Positions 62,570-64,000 of a stretch of 64,000 bases of DNA are shown here, piece by piece (the stretch's first letter is position 1; the number at the start of each line of letters is the position of its first letter). The stretch lies in NCBI GenBank assembly GCA_040954595.2, contig CM082583.2, positions 3,543,060-3,607,059 on the forward strand, in the 5' to 3' direction. The stretch comes from Balanoglossus misakiensis. Lineage: Eukaryota; Animalia; Hemichordata. The notes beneath the pieces were generated by a model. The model was not told where the DNA came from. It was given only the letters and a program-made list of their open reading frames with translations, and did not search any database. The translations under genes were made by a program, and so were the position numbers.

Positions 62570-64000
62570 CACCCCAATATGTAATAATTAACCCAATATG
62601 TAATACTAACCCAATATGTAATAACACCTTAACCCAATATGTAATACTAACCCAATATGTAATAACACCTTAACCCAATATGTAATACTAACCCAATATG
62701 TAATAACACTTAACCCAATATGTAATACTAACCCAATATGTAATAACACCTTAACCCAATATGTAATACTAACCCAATATGTAATAAAGTTGAATTCTAC
62801 ATGAAATAACGTTAATTCTACATGAAAAAATACGTTATTAGTTAACCCTATATGTAATAAACGTTAATTCTACATGAAATAACGTTAATACTACATGAAA
62901 AAATACGTTTTTAGTAAACCCAATATGTAATAAACTTGAATTCTACATGAAATAATGTTAATTCTACATGAAACAACGCTAATACTACATGAAAAATACG
63001 TTATTAGTTAACCCTATATGTAATAAACGTTAACCCTATATGTAATAAACTTGAATTCTACATGAAATAACGTTAATTCTACATGAAAAAATACGTTATT
63101 AGTTAACCCTATATGTAATAAACGTTAATTCTACATGAAATAACGTTAATACTACATGAAAAAATACGTTTTTAGTAAACCCAATATGTAATAAACTTGA
63201 ATTCTACATGAAATAATGTTAATTCTACATGAAACAACGCTAATACTACATGAAAAATACGTTATTAGTTAACCCTATATGTAATAAACGTTAACCCTAT
63301 ATGTAATAAACTTGAATTCTACATGAAATAACGTTAATTCTACATGAAATAACGTTAATACTAAATGAAAAATACGTTATTAGTTAACCCTATATGTAAT
63401 AAACGTTAACCCTATATGTAATAAACTTGAATTCTACATGAAATAACGTTAATTCTACATGAAAAAATACGTTATTAGTTAACCCTATATGTAATAAACG
63501 TTAATTCTACATGAAATAACGTTAATACTACATGAAAAAATACGTTATTAGTTAACCCAATATGTAATAAACTTGAATTCTACATGAAATAACGTTAATT
63601 CTACATGAAAAAATACGTTATTAGTTAACCCTATATGTAATAAACTTTAACCCAATATGTAACACTAACCCAATATGTAATAACACTTTAACCCAATATG
63701 TAATACTAACCCAATATGTAATAACACCTTAACCCAATATGTAATACTAACCCAATATGTAATAACACCTTAACCCAATATGTAATACTAACCCAATATG
63801 TAATAACACCTTAACCCAATATGTAATACTAACCCAATATGTAATAACACCTTAACCCAATATGTAATACTAACCCAATATGTAATAACACTTAACCCAA
63901 TATGTAATAAACTTTAATTCTACATGTAAAAAAAACGTTATTAGTTAACCCTATATGTAATAAACGTTAACCGTATATGTAATAAACTTCAACCCATTAT
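62570..64000. repeat. Complex AT-rich tandem array in a sulfatase intron (18/23-bp units plus a 261-bp higher-order repeat)
   Basis: Units taaccc(a/t)atatgtaata and aattctacatgaaa; identical blocks start at 62790, 63051 and 63312; runs off the window end. Confidence 0.95.

Noticed and set aside
62570-64000. CRISPR-like regular repeats
   Set aside because: No unique spacers, no cas genes, eukaryotic intron context; it is a tandem satellite.

Overview
AT-rich eukaryotic (animal, invertebrate-like) genomic DNA with spliced genes and many small transposon derivatives; no prokaryotic features, CRISPR, rRNA or tRNA seen. Left to right: (1) a complete, apparently very young Bel/Pao LTR retrotransposon on the minus strand (2420-11188; 879-bp LTRs, CAGGC target duplication, intact gag-pol ORF), apparently inserted in a 17-nt coding micro-exon of a small orphan tail-anchored-protein gene; (2) a 7-exon divergent CLN6-like gene (+); (3) about 16 kb of repeat-rich intergenic DNA; (4) an 8-exon anion-selective Cys-loop receptor subunit (+); (5) a truncated (6-4) photolyase/cryptochrome pseudogene (-); (6) an intron-rich ARSB/I/J-like arylsulfatase (-, 14 exons visible, one GC-AG intron) whose first exon lies beyond a terminal satellite. 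The most unusual observation: the retrotransposon has no tRNA-type primer-binding site, and the 11 nt next to the 5' LTR (GTAAAAACTCG, repeated) are the exact reverse complement of a junction formed only when a predicted 212-nt intron inside the LTR is spliced out. This suggests splicing-dependent self-priming and is a hypothesis. All gene models were assembled by eye from reading frames and splice signals; no database searches were run.
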